Of a stretch of 64,000 nt of DNA, positions 17,685-26,289 are shown in pieces. Origin of the DNA: an uncultured Acidobacteriota bacterium (GTDB taxonomy: Bacteria > Acidobacteriota > Vicinamibacteria > Fen-336); the NCBI GenBank assembly GCA_963740655.1, contig CAVUFF010000002.1, forward strand, positions 17,790-81,789, given 5' to 3'. Under the pieces are notes generated by a model. It saw nothing but the letters and a program-made list of their open reading frames with translations. It was not told the origin of the DNA and ran no database searches. Both the position numbers and the translations under genes were made by a program. Within the stretch, counting starts at the first letter, position 1; every line of letters starts with the position of its first letter.

Positions 17685-17727
17685 GGACAATTGGGGAGTT
17701 GATCGGCGAAGCCGGCCGAGGGCTGTT

Positions 17728-18084
17728 GTGGCGAAGAAACCACGTACGATCGACGAGTATCTGGCTGGTCAGGACCCCGAGAGTCGCGCCGCCCTACAGA
17801 AGGTGCGCCGAGCGATCCTGGCGGTGGCACCCAAGGCCGAGGAATGCATCAGCTACGGCATGCCCGCGTTCCGGCTGAACGGGAAGCTGATCGCCGGTTT
17901 CCGCGCCGCGGCAAACCACTGCTCCTTTCATCCGATGAGCGGCACTACGGTGGCGACACTATGGGCAGAGTTGTCGGAGTACGACACGAGCCCCGGGACC
18001 ATCCGATTCTCGGCGCGCGATCCATTGTCAGCCACCCTTGTTCGCAAGCTGGTGAAGGCGAGACTCGCGGAACTCGCCGGGTGA
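17728..18084 (+). CDS. DUF1801 (YdhG-like) protein, cassette ORF (GTG start)
   Basis: MAKKPRTIDEYLAGQDPESRAALQKVRRAILAVAPKAEECISYGMPAFRLNGKLIAGFRAAANHCSFHP. Confidence 0.7.
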   Translation: MAKKPRTIDEYLAGQDPESRAALQKVRRAILAVAPKAEECISYGMPAFRLNGKLIAGFRAAANHCSFHPMSGTTVATLWAELSEYDTSPGTIRFSARDPLSATLVRKLVKARLAELAG

Positions 18085-18099
18085 CATGGCTGGGCCCCG

Positions 18100-18133
18100 C
18101 TGGAGGCTTCGCAGCTTATCCCCGGTGCTAGGC
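18100..18133 (+). repeat. Truncated attC-15 (right arm only, class A; mutated core GCTAGGC)
   Basis: ..TGGAGGCTTCGCAGCTTATCCCCGGTGCTAGGC. No R''/L'' is present upstream. Confidence 0.6.
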
Positions 18134-18153
18134 GGACCTGTGTTGGGGGCGGG

Positions 18154-18684
18154 ATGAAGGCATCGGTCTTTGTAGGGGCGAGCGTGGATGGCTTTATCGC
18201 TCGGCTGAATGGCGACCTCGATTGGCTACCGCAAGATGCTGAGCCTCACGGCTACGACGAGTTCATTGCATCCGTCGACACCATCGTCATCGGCCGGAAG
18301 ACGTTTGAGATCGTTCTCGGTTTCGACACGTGGCCATACGGCAAGAAGCTGGTTGTGGTCCTGAGCAGCCAGCATGTCGACTTGTCGGTCGCGGTTGCCC
18401 GCGGAGGCGTCGTGGAGCAAATGGGGGGGTCGCCGACAGACATCGCGTCGAGCCTCATTGCTCGTGGAGTGCAGCACGTCTACGTAGACGGCGGCATCAC
18501 GATTCAACGCTTCCTACGGGCCGGCCTTGTCAACCGTCTGGTCATCACGCGCGTGCCGGTGCTCATTGGCGCGGGCATTCCGTTGTTCGGGCCCGTGCCG
18601 AAGGACATCCGATTGCGTCACGTCGCGACCCGGTCCTATCCGAGTGGCCTCGTCCAGAGCGAGTATGAAGTGGGAGCCGCCTAA
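18154..18684 (+). CDS. Dihydrofolate-reductase-like protein (RibD C-terminal domain family), cassette ORF
   Basis: MKASVFVGASVDGFIARLNGDLDWL..DTIVIGRKTFE...VYVDGGITIQRFLRAGLVNRLVITRVPVLIGAGIPLF. Confidence 0.75.
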   Translation: MKASVFVGASVDGFIARLNGDLDWLPQDAEPHGYDEFIASVDTIVIGRKTFEIVLGFDTWPYGKKLVVVLSSQHVDLSVAVARGGVVEQMGGSPTDIASSLIARGVQHVYVDGGITIQRFLRAGLVNRLVITRVPVLIGAGIPLFGPVPKDIRLRHVATRSYPSGLVQSEYEVGAA

Positions 18685-18744
18685 CAAGGAGCAGCAGACG
18701 AAGCCGAGCCAATGGCGCATCGCAGGCTTATCCCCGTGGTGGGC
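18679..18744 (+). repeat. attC-16 (degenerate; R'' GCCTAAC, R' eroded to GGTGGGC)
   Basis: GCCTAACAAGGAGCAGCAGACGAAGCCGAGCCAATGGCGCATCGCAGGCTTATCCCCGTGGTGGGC. Confidence 0.6.
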
Positions 18745-18844
18745 GGACATCGTAGGCTCTGGCCGGCCAGTCAGGCACCGCGAATCGTGGGGGACGTGCC
18801 GTGCGGAATGCTACACTAGCGTTCGTACTTAGAGAGGTAGCCAC

Positions 18845-19222
18845 ATGACAGCTGCAGCGAGTCCCTCACTCCGCTTCTCCTACTCGGCGGCGCTGCAAAA
18901 GCGTACGAAGGCGGTTGTGGCGCGAATAGAGCGTGACGACGACGCTACTCAGCACGCAGCTGCGTTGTCGAGCATTGTCAGCGAGCTAACCCGAGCCGGG
19001 TTGGATTACTACTTCCTGCGTCCGCTCGAGCAAGCGAAGTTCAGCTTCGTGGCTCGACAGACGGCCAAGCTTGGTGTCGCTGGAGCCCTGCACTTCATAT
19101 CGCCGATGGTCGGCAGAATCCTGGCGGGCGCAGACACACCTCAGCTGCGCGGCGTGGCCGCGCACATCCGCCACCTGACGGAGAGCTCTCGCGGGGAGCG
19201 GCGCCGCCCAACAAGGGAATGA
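18845..19222 (+). CDS. Hypothetical protein, cassette ORF
   Basis: 125-aa ORF, predicted helical, no family recognised. The stop TGA lies inside AACAAGGGAATGAAGC. Confidence 0.5.
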   Translation: MTAAASPSLRFSYSAALQKRTKAVVARIERDDDATQHAAALSSIVSELTRAGLDYYFLRPLEQAKFSFVARQTAKLGVAGALHFISPMVGRILAGADTPQLRGVAAHIRHLTESSRGERRRPTRE

Positions 19223-19273
19223 AGCTGGCCGTCATAACGCGGCATGGTCGGCCTGCTGGTGTCCTTGTTGGGT
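19206..19273 (+). repeat. Possible atypical attC-17 (GCCCAACAAGGGA...TCCTTGTTGGGT), or only a left arm joined to a gene remnant
   Basis: The outer 11 nt are complementary and end in GTTGGGT, but the right arm lies within codons of a Phd-like remnant. Confidence 0.35.
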
Positions 19274-19401
19274 GTGGTACGGAAGAAGACTGGTTCGACT
19301 ACCGCCCAGCCCATCACCCCGACTTCGTCCGTCGCATCCGCAAGGCTAGGGCGGACATCGCGAGCGGCCGTGGCACCAGGCTCGGGGATCTCCCCGCGTG
19401 A
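19219..19401 (+). pseudogene. Phd/YefM-like antitoxin remnant (N-terminally truncated)
   Basis: ..AVITRHGRPAGVLVG..EEDWFDY.. matches the Phd/YefM core. The usual ~25 N-terminal residues are absent and no toxin follows. Confidence 0.45.
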
Positions 19402-19411
19402 TCATGCGGCG

Positions 19412-19440
19412 GTGCAACAAGGAGGTGAAGTTGATGAAGC
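19412..19440 (+). repeat. Terminal attC left-arm remnant
   Basis: GTGCAACAAGGAGGTGAAGTTGATGAAGC with no matching right arm. This is the last attC-like sequence in the window. Confidence 0.45.
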
Positions 19441-19680
19441 GGGAGCGCGTCCCAGGGGAGCTGTCCTGAGAGAAGGTGAGCCGACCGACAACATGGGGTC
19501 CATGGATCGAGATGGTAAGGACGGCGATCTTCGGAGGCGACATCGACGGAGCGATCGCAAGAGCCAGGAAACGACTGAAGCAGATCCAGTGCAACTGACG
19601 GTCCCTACCGGCCGAGGTAAACTCCACTCAATCGGTGACTGTCGGGCGCGGTTGGTTCAAAGCCCGGACGGCTCGAGCCG

Positions 19681-20151
19681 ATGAGTTCCATGCACTTCTT
19701 CAAGCGTTCAGCGATCTGCTCGACACGACGCCTCCTGCAGGCGTTGGCTGTGTTTTGTCTCGCCGCTCTTGGCCGCGGTCTTGCGGCGGCGCCGCCACAG
19801 CACTCAGACGAGCTCCTGCAAGCTGCCGCGGGCTTCGACCAGTTCTTTCTGCACGACATGTGCACGGCGCCATATCCGCCGCAGCCCGATACCTGTCTCC
19901 ACGAACGGCTCCACGAGCGGTCGTTCACCTTTGGTGGAAAGAGTGGAACGGTCTACGACGTCACGCTGCGCATTCGTGGCATCTTCGAGCCCACCACGAT
20001 CACCGGCGGCGACACGCCCGACCCCGAGCACCCCTACTTCAAGGTAGGCAAGAGCGCACCGGATCGGCAGCAGATCATCGCAGGTGTGGTCGACCATCCG
20101 CTCCCGGGCCAGATGCTGCGCCTGGACGTCGTCCGCATCAAGGCAAGGTAG
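19681..20151 (+). CDS. Secreted hypothetical protein
   Basis: Signal-peptide-like N-terminus (..LAVFCLAALGRGLAAAPP). 156 aa. Confidence 0.5.
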   Translation: MSSMHFFKRSAICSTRRLLQALAVFCLAALGRGLAAAPPQHSDELLQAAAGFDQFFLHDMCTAPYPPQPDTCLHERLHERSFTFGGKSGTVYDVTLRIRGIFEPTTITGGDTPDPEHPYFKVGKSAPDRQQIIAGVVDHPLPGQMLRLDVVRIKAR

Positions 20152-20161
20152 CAGGTTTCGA

Positions 20162-20596
20162 GTGATCACAGCCGACCGGCCGGTTGGGCCACCATCACGC
20201 CGCTGCGTCGCTGTGGTCGCGTCGGTCGCCATCATGATGGCGGCATGTGCGCACGAGGCGCCTCGCCAATCCAAGCTGACGACGCAACTGACCGTGGCGT
20301 CGCTGCGGGTGGGCATGACGGAGCAGGAGGTCACGTCCCGTCTCGGCGAGCCGGTCACGCGGCTTGCTCCGCCGCACGACAGCGGTGAGCGGGTGTTCAG
20401 TCGCTATTCGGAGGTGGGAGGCTGGCGCCTGGCGAGGCGTGAGCGGCGGTTCTTCCAAACAGGCTTCAGGCTGTCCGTGGAGTTCCGCTCCGGTCGGCTG
20501 TCGGAGGCATGGCTGAGCGATCCTGAAAAGGGTCTCTGCGCCTGCGTGGCTGGTCGTTGCGCACCCGACTGGGCCGCGCAGTGCGGAAGAAAGTAG
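20162..20596 (+). CDS. Lipoprotein with BamE/SmpA_OmlA-like domain (GTG start)
   Basis: ..VVASVAIMMAAC lipobox; LRVGMTEQEVTSRLGEP motif. Confidence 0.5.
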   Translation: MITADRPVGPPSRRCVAVVASVAIMMAACAHEAPRQSKLTTQLTVASLRVGMTEQEVTSRLGEPVTRLAPPHDSGERVFSRYSEVGGWRLARRERRFFQTGFRLSVEFRSGRLSEAWLSDPEKGLCACVAGRCAPDWAAQCGRK

Positions 20597-20800
20597 AAGG
20601 ATGCGCCCATGCGCGCCATACGGGTCCTGACCGTCATCGGAGGGACTCTTCCCGGGTGCGCTGCGGGCGTGGTGGGCAAAGGACTCGATCAGATCGTCGC
20701 CTGGGGTGAGGCTCAGTCCCGCCGATTGGTCTCGCCGACAGAAGCGTCTTGCCTCGGGCTGGAAGCCGGTCGCGAGCCAGCTCAGACACGGTGATGGCAT

Positions 20801-21358
20801 GTGACTGAGCGCGAGTGGGACAAGATGCTGCGTGGCGACTCGTACCTGGCGAGCGACTCGGAGCTCGTGGCGGCGCGAGTGCGGGCCAGGCGGTTGTGGG
20901 CGGAGTTCAACCGGAGTGACCCGGCGGACGGCTCGCTGCGCGCCCGAGTGCTCGGCGAGCTGCTCGGCGGCCTCGGCTCGCGCTCCTGGATCGAGCCACC
21001 TTTCTACTGCGACTACGGATCCAACATCGTGGTTGGTGACGATGTCTTCGTCAATTTCGGAGCAGTGTTCCTGGACCCTGGGCGAATCACGCTCGGCCAT
21101 CAGGTGCAGCTCGGGCCCTCCGTCCAGCTGCTGACGGCCGATCATCCGCGAGAGGCGGCCTCGAGAGTCGCGGGCCCGGAGCTCGCTCGGGCAATCACGA
21201 TAGGCTCGCGGGCCTGGCTTGGCGGCGGCGTGATCGTGTGCCCTGGCGTCACGATTGGCGAGGAGGCTGTCGTTGGTGCTGGCAGCGTCGTCGTGCGGGA
21301 CGTGCCGGCCGGAGTCGTCGCAGCCGGGAATCCCTGCCGCGTCATCAAGAAGATCTGA
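20801..21358 (+). CDS. Maltose/galactoside O-acetyltransferase family (left-handed beta-helix)
   Basis: ..MLRGDSYLASDSELVAARVRARRLWAEFN...PPFYCDYGSNIVVGDDVFVNFGAVFLD...IGSRAWLGGGVIVCPGVTIGEEAVVGAGSVVVRDVPAGVVAAGNPCRVI. Confidence 0.85.
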   Translation: MTEREWDKMLRGDSYLASDSELVAARVRARRLWAEFNRSDPADGSLRARVLGELLGGLGSRSWIEPPFYCDYGSNIVVGDDVFVNFGAVFLDPGRITLGHQVQLGPSVQLLTADHPREAASRVAGPELARAITIGSRAWLGGGVIVCPGVTIGEEAVVGAGSVVVRDVPAGVVAAGNPCRVIKKI

Positions 21359-21362
21359 CCGA

Positions 21363-21632
21363 ATGGCCGAGGCGACGAAGCATCCCAAGGCCGGGCATGA
21401 GCGGCGCGTCACGGTCGTCCGACGCCAGGACTGTTCTCACAGCCAGCAGGCCGTTGCTGCCATCGAGAGGCTAGCGGACCGCCTCGCGATTCGGATTCGG
21501 CTGGAGGACGTCGTCATTCAGAGCGACGACGAAGCCCACCTCGGGCGGTGCCTCGGCAGCCCGACAGTGCTGGTGGCGGGTCTTGATGTCGAGCCGAGCG
21601 CACGCGAGCGCACCGGCTTCGGCGTGACCTGA
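21363..21632 (+). CDS. Small thioredoxin-fold-like protein (degenerate CxxC)
   Basis: ..VTVVRRQDCSHSQQA....GSPTVLVAGLDVEP.. Weak family recollection. Confidence 0.4.
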   Translation: MAEATKHPKAGHERRVTVVRRQDCSHSQQAVAAIERLADRLAIRIRLEDVVIQSDDEAHLGRCLGSPTVLVAGLDVEPSARERTGFGVT

Positions 21633-21759
21633 CGGATCTATCCCGGCCCCGAGCCGGGGAGTCCCGGGGTTCCCGGTGACACGATGCTGTTGGCAGCGTT
21701 TCGCGAAGCGGGGTGGATCGAAGCAGAAGGCGGGGGGCCGCCCGATCTACGATGAGCGC

Positions 21760-22131
21760 ATGCCGGTAACGTGGGAGTTCCGAGGAACCGTCCTCTGGCT
21801 TTCGGTCATAGCATCGGTCACCAACCAGGAGATCGAGCGGGCGATCTCCGAGGCCCTGGCAAGCGCACCAAACCTGCGCGACCTGCGGTTGCTCTGGGAC
21901 GCTCGCCAGACCGAGACGGCAGTGACCTCCGATGACATGGCGTGGCGTTTCAACCTGGTGTCCTCGCTCGCCGCGCGCGGCGTCATCTCTCGCGCCGCAC
22001 TACTGCTCGAGAGTCGTGATCGCGCGCTCTTTGAAGTCAGCCGGCTGGAGATCCAAAAGGCGCTCTGGGAGGCGCTTCCCTGTGATGTATTTGCCGACGC
22101 GTCGGAGGCGTTGGCGTGGCTGGAGAGATAA
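21760..22131 (+). CDS. Hypothetical protein (STAS-like?)
   Basis: MPVTWEFRGTVLWLSVIASVTNQEIERAISEAL.. ORF with plausible codon bias. Confidence 0.45.
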   Translation: MPVTWEFRGTVLWLSVIASVTNQEIERAISEALASAPNLRDLRLLWDARQTETAVTSDDMAWRFNLVSSLAARGVISRAALLLESRDRALFEVSRLEIQKALWEALPCDVFADASEALAWLER

Positions 22132-22148
22132 GGGCAGGGAGTCACGGA

Positions 22149-22559
22149 ATGGCGCTGCTGGTCGGAGCACTTCCCGCCTTCGCAGTGGGGCTGTTTGCCA
22201 CGGTGTCCGGGCTGGATCGTGATCGCGGGTTCTATCCAACCGTGGCGATCGTGATCGCGTCCTACTATGCCTTGTTTGCCGTCATGGGAGCCTCGACGCG
22301 TGCGCTTGTTCTCGAGTCGCTGGTCGCTTTGGCGTTCCTCGCGGTCGCAGCCCTCGGGTTCCGGTCGTCGCTCTGGCTTGTCGTGGTGGCGCTCGGTGCG
22401 CACGGAGTCTTCGATCTGGGCCACGGCGCAGTCATTTCCAATCCCGGGGTCCCGAGCTGGTGGCCAGCGTTCTGCCTCACGTACGACGGCACGGCAGCCG
22501 CGTACCTGGCGTGGCTGCTTGGGAGCGGGCGTGTGCGCGCGTCTTTGGAGCGAGCGTGA
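22149..22559 (+). CDS. Hypothetical 4-TM membrane protein
   Basis: MALLVGALPAFAVGLFATV.. with hydrophobic helices throughout. Confidence 0.55.
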   Translation: MALLVGALPAFAVGLFATVSGLDRDRGFYPTVAIVIASYYALFAVMGASTRALVLESLVALAFLAVAALGFRSSLWLVVVALGAHGVFDLGHGAVISNPGVPSWWPAFCLTYDGTAAAYLAWLLGSGRVRASLERA

Positions 22560-23071
22560 TCTGCAGAATCCGGCTGTATCAGGCGACAGACGCCAGGGGT
22601 CTCTTCGAAGCCGCGCGGGAGTCGATCGCCGAGGTGTCGCGCTGGCTTCCGTGGTGTCATCCGGAGTACTCGATGGCGGAGGCCGTGGAGTGGACATCGA
22701 TTCAGGCTCGACTCGCTGCGGACGGCCGTGAGTTCGCCTTCGCGGTGGTCGGGCCCAACGACGAGCTCCTTGGCGGCTGCGGCGTGAACCAGATCAACCC
22801 CATCCACCGGCTCGGCAACCTGGGGTACTGGGTTCGCACCTCGGCGACCGGCCGAGGCGTGGCCCGCGAAGCCGTGCGCCAGACCGCGGAGTTCGCGTTC
22901 CGGAATACAGACCTCGTTCGCCTGGAGATCGTGTGCGCCGTCGAGAATCGGCGGAGCCAGCGTGTGGCGGAGGCCGTCGGTGCGGTCCGGGAAGGCGTGT
23001 TGCGCAACCGCCTGCAGTTGCACGGCCAGTCGACGGACGCCGTGATGTACAGCCTCGTGCGACCCTGTTAG
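22556..23071 (+). CDS. GNAT N-acetyltransferase (RimJ/RimL-like)
   Basis: GTGA overlap with the previous gene. ..LGNLGYWVRTSATGRGVAREAVRQTAEFAFRNTDLVRLEIVCAVENRRSQRVAEAVGAVREGVLRN. Confidence 0.8.
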   Translation: MICRIRLYQATDARGLFEAARESIAEVSRWLPWCHPEYSMAEAVEWTSIQARLAADGREFAFAVVGPNDELLGGCGVNQINPIHRLGNLGYWVRTSATGRGVAREAVRQTAEFAFRNTDLVRLEIVCAVENRRSQRVAEAVGAVREGVLRNRLQLHGQSTDAVMYSLVRPC

Positions 23072-23160
23072 CTGGACTCGAAGACACGAGCCTTTCTCCA
23101 GAATCGCGCCTTCGTGAGAAGGTGAGCCGGGCGGCAACCGCTGCGCAGGAGGCGAGGTCG

Positions 23161-23538
23161 ATGGAGCGAGCGGCCGGGCTGATGGTCCTGATTGCCGGGC
23201 CCTATCGGTCGGGGACGGGCGGCGACCCGAACAAGTTGGCCGCCAACGTCCGCGCGATGGAGGCGTACGCGCTGCCGCTGTTTCGGGCGGGACACATTCC
23301 GGTCGTGGGTGAGTGGTTCGCGCTGCCCCTCGTCGCACTGGCCGGCTCGCAGCGCGCGGGGGACGCCGCATTCGAAGAGATCTTCCATCCCATCGCCGAG
23401 CGCCTGCTCGAGCGCTGCGATGCGGTCCTCCGCGTCGGCGGACCCTCGCAAGGCGCCGATCTCATGGTGCGCATCGGCAAGGAGCGGGGCCTCAGGGTGT
23501 TCAACGGGCTCGAGGAAGTGCCGGGCTGCGCCTCGTGA
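23161..23538 (+). CDS. DUF4406 / nucleoside-deoxyribosyltransferase-like protein
   Basis: ..MVLIAGPYRSGTGGDPNKLAANVRAMEAYALPLFRAGHIPVVGEW.. Family call is from memory. Confidence 0.45.
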   Translation: MERAAGLMVLIAGPYRSGTGGDPNKLAANVRAMEAYALPLFRAGHIPVVGEWFALPLVALAGSQRAGDAAFEEIFHPIAERLLERCDAVLRVGGPSQGADLMVRIGKERGLRVFNGLEEVPGCAS

Positions 23539-24188
23539 CGGCCGAGCTCGATCACGTCTTCATCTGCTGTTCCGTCGGCGGTGGCGAGGCGGACGCGCTT
23601 CGCCGTGCCGGGCTGACCGAGGGCAGCTCGAACACGCATCCGGGGCAGGGGACCGAATGCCGGCGCTTCTTCTTCTCGAACGCGTACCTGGAGCTCTTCT
23701 GGGTGAGCGACGCGGCGTTGGCGCAGTCCGAGGGCGTCGCGCGCACCCGGCTCTGGGAGCGCTGGTCGAAGCGAGGCGGCGGCGCCTGTCCGTTCGCTCT
23801 GATCCTGCGACCGGCGCCGGACGCGCCGGCGGTGCCTCCTTTCCCGAGCTGGCCGTACCGGCCTCGGTACATGCCGAAGGACGTCGCCATCGACATCGCT
23901 GTCGACACGCCCATCGAAGGCCCCGAGCTCTTCTACCTCGGGTTTCAAAGCGGGCGGCCACGAGTCGGCCGGGAGCCGATCGATCACGTCCTCGGCTGCC
24001 GTCGGCTGACGGGCGTCACGTTGTTCCGGCCGCGCGCCGGGCAGTCGGCGGCCGCGGCGGCCGTCGAGCAGGCGGGGATCGCGTCGTTCCGGGACGCCGA
24101 CGTTTGCCTGCTCGAGCTTGGCTTCGACGACGCCGCTCGAGGGACGACCGACCTGCGGCCGGAGCTGCCGCTGGTCTTGCGGTGGTAG
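23535..24188 (+). CDS. Glyoxalase-like (VOC superfamily) domain protein
   Basis: GTGA overlap. VTAELDHVFICCSVGGGEADALRRAGLTEGSSNTHPGQGTECRRFFFSNAYLELFWV. Confidence 0.6.
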   Translation: MTAELDHVFICCSVGGGEADALRRAGLTEGSSNTHPGQGTECRRFFFSNAYLELFWVSDAALAQSEGVARTRLWERWSKRGGGACPFALILRPAPDAPAVPPFPSWPYRPRYMPKDVAIDIAVDTPIEGPELFYLGFQSGRPRVGREPIDHVLGCRRLTGVTLFRPRAGQSAAAAAVEQAGIASFRDADVCLLELGFDDAARGTTDLRPELPLVLRW

Positions 24189-24210
24189 GCGGATCGATCG
24201 AGGAGGAGTG

Positions 24211-24699
24211 ATGGCGGCAGAAGGGCGTGGGAAGGGGAATCCCGAAAGCCAGCTTCGAGGCTTCATCGGCAAGTTCGACCCGGAGAACCAGCGGCTGATA
24301 CGCGCCGTGCGCAAGGCGCTCCGCGCGCGCTTCTCGACCGCCTTCGAGCTGGCGTACGACAACTACAACTTCTTCGTGCTGGGCTACTCGCCGACCGAAC
24401 GGCCGTCCGACGCCGTCGTGTCGATGGCGGCCGGCGCGAGCGGCGTGGGCCTGTGCTTCATCCGCGGCGCGGGGCTCCCCGATCCCAGGAAGATCCTGCT
24501 CGGCTCCGGAAGCCAGACGCGATTCATCCGGCTGCCGTCGGCCGACGTGCTGAGGCGGCCGGAGGTCAAGACCTTGATCGCGGCCGCCGTGGCGCAGTCA
24601 CGCGCGCCGTTCCGGAAAGCCGGCAGGCCGACGCTCGTGATCCGCTCGATCTCGGCCAAGCAGCGGCCGCGGCGCAGGCCCGCCGGCCGCAAGAGCTAG
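24211..24699 (+). CDS. DUF1801-like protein
   Basis: ..FDPENQRLIRAVRKALRARFSTAFELAYDNYNFFVLGYSP.. Confidence 0.45.
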   Translation: MAAEGRGKGNPESQLRGFIGKFDPENQRLIRAVRKALRARFSTAFELAYDNYNFFVLGYSPTERPSDAVVSMAAGASGVGLCFIRGAGLPDPRKILLGSGSQTRFIRLPSADVLRRPEVKTLIAAAVAQSRAPFRKAGRPTLVIRSISAKQRPRRRPAGRKS

Positions 24700-24707
24700 A
24701 GGCGGGC

Positions 24708-25298
24708 GTGCTGACCCAGCCGGAGCGAGAGGCGATCGGACGGATCTGGGCGGAGAAGCTGTCGCAGGACGAGCGCGAGCTTCCGAAGGGTGAGCGTCAC
24801 CGCAACCTGGAGCCCGTGTCGGCCGAGTTCGTGTGCACGCTGGCGGCGGGATGCGGGGCGCGCCGCCTGCTGGAGATCGGAGGCTCGAGCGGGTTGTCGA
24901 CGATCGCGCTGGCCGCGGCCGCGCGGCAGACGGACGGGCGCCTCGTCTCGATCGAGATCGAGCCGGCGCGACAGGCTCAGGCGAAGGAGCGCCTGGCGGC
25001 GCTCGGCCTCGCAGCTCACGTCGACTTCGTGCGGGCCGATGCGGGCGAGGTGCTGGGACGCTACGACGCGCTGGAGCTCGTGCTGATCGACTGCGAGAAG
25101 GACGACTACGAGCGATTCCTGGCGATGCTGCGGCTCTCGCCCGGCGCCGTGGTTGTGGCGGACAACATCCTGTCGCACGCTATGGGGCAGTACGTGAGGA
25201 CCGTCCGGAGCTATCCGGGTGTCGAGTCGGTGACGCTGGCAATCGGCAAGGGGCTGGAGGTCAGCCGCTTCGTGACGGGCTCGAGCGGACGCGGCTGA
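24708..25298 (+). CDS. Class I SAM-dependent O-methyltransferase (family 3-like)
   Basis: ..ARRLLEIGGSSGLSTIALAAAARQTDGRLVSIEIEPARQAQAKERL...LVLIDCEKDDY. Confidence 0.75.
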   Translation: MLTQPEREAIGRIWAEKLSQDERELPKGERHRNLEPVSAEFVCTLAAGCGARRLLEIGGSSGLSTIALAAAARQTDGRLVSIEIEPARQAQAKERLAALGLAAHVDFVRADAGEVLGRYDALELVLIDCEKDDYERFLAMLRLSPGAVVVADNILSHAMGQYVRTVRSYPGVESVTLAIGKGLEVSRFVTGSSGRG

Positions 25299-25337
25299 GC
25301 GGGGCCTTCGGCCGTCGACGGTCGCGGGAGGTGTGCG

Positions 25338-25730
25338 GTGGCGGAGAAGTCGGTCGCGCAGAAGGCTCGGGTGAAGCCGGAGACGGCGATCGCCGTCGTC
25401 AACCGCGTGCCGGGCATCGTCGAGGGCCTCGGCCTTCCAAAGGGAGTCGAGTTCGTTCGGCCGGCCAAGGCGGATCTGGTGCTCCTGTTCGTTCGCTCGC
25501 GCGCCGAGCTCGACACGCTGATGCCGCGGACGGTCGCGGGCCTTCGGCCCGACGCCGCGATCTGGGTGTTCTTCCGGAAGGGCTCGAAGGAGTCCGGGCT
25601 CGACATGAATCGCAACAGCGTCTGGGCTGTCGCCGAGACTCTGGGCCTGCGGCCGCTGGGGATCGTCGGCGTGGACGAGACGTGGTCCGCCTTCCGACTG
25701 CGGCCGGGGCGTGAGGGAGATCGACGCTGA
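25338..25730 (+). CDS. DUF3052-like protein
   Basis: 130-aa ORF (GTG start); ..ADLVLLFVRSRAELDTLMPRTVAGLRPDAAIWVFFRKGSK.. Confidence 0.45.
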   Translation: MAEKSVAQKARVKPETAIAVVNRVPGIVEGLGLPKGVEFVRPAKADLVLLFVRSRAELDTLMPRTVAGLRPDAAIWVFFRKGSKESGLDMNRNSVWAVAETLGLRPLGIVGVDETWSAFRLRPGREGDRR

Positions 25731-25762
25731 GCGCAGGCCGCCGCAACCCGACTTGTCCCCTC

Positions 25763-26260
25763 GTGTTCTTCTGCGGTGCAGCGCTGCTGCTCGGGGCGAG
25801 CGCCGCCCACGCCGCGCCGGCTCCGCTCCGCTGCCAGGCCGATGCGCCGGGTGTCCGACAGGTTCGAGCCGTCGCGATCGGGATCGTCGAGGCCGACAAC
25901 CGGCGCGACCTCGAGCAGGTGCTTTCCTACTACGCGGCCGACGCGATCCTGCTGCCGCCGGGCGAAGCGCCCGTCGCTGGCCGCCGCAAGATCCGCCCCC
26001 GTTACGAGGCGCTATTCGCGGGCTCTTCACCCGAGATCGAGCCGCGAATCGACGAGGCGTGCGTCGCGGAGAGCCTCGGGTTCGTCCGCGGGCACAACGG
26101 CGGCCGGCTGGTTCCGCGCTCGGTCGGTGAGCCGCGCGCTCTCGACGACGCGTTCGTCATGCTGCTTCGCCTCGAGCCGGACGGCGCGTGGCGCATCAGC
26201 CACCTGATCTGGCATCGCCAGAGCCCGCCTGGCGCGGCACCCGGGCCCACCTTGCGCTAG
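25763..26260 (+). CDS. Secreted SnoaL/NTF2-like (DUF4440-like) protein
   Basis: Signal peptide MFFCGAALLLGASAAHA; ..DLEQVLSYYAADAILLPPGEAPVAGRRKIRPRYEALF. Confidence 0.55.
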   Translation: MFFCGAALLLGASAAHAAPAPLRCQADAPGVRQVRAVAIGIVEADNRRDLEQVLSYYAADAILLPPGEAPVAGRRKIRPRYEALFAGSSPEIEPRIDEACVAESLGFVRGHNGGRLVPRSVGEPRALDDAFVMLLRLEPDGAWRISHLIWHRQSPPGAAPGPTLR

Positions 26261-26289
26261 GCTTCCCGAACGAGGAGTGGAGGTGACGG

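Noticed and set aside
19636-19672. GTCGGGCGCGGTTGGTTCAAAGCCCGGAC resembles a tRNA T-arm (GGTTCAAA) and could mark a tRNA-derived attachment site at the island boundary.
   Set aside because: No acceptor stem, anticodon arm or CCA-proximal sequence could be built around it. The loop is too long for a T-loop. It is treated as a chance hairpin.
20609-20794. A 61-aa ORF in the gap before the acetyltransferase gene.
   Set aside because: No family resemblance, no convincing start context, and a composition typical of non-coding frames.
20195-21412. The 405-aa minus-strand ORF just beyond the array end was considered as a possible integron integrase.
   Set aside because: It lies antisense to a clear left-handed beta-helix acetyltransferase gene (20801-21358). 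Its composition is Arg/Ala/Pro-rich and low-complexity, and it has no R..HxxR..Y tyrosine-recombinase motifs. This is the usual spurious antisense ORF of high-GC DNA. No other ORF in the window looks like IntI.
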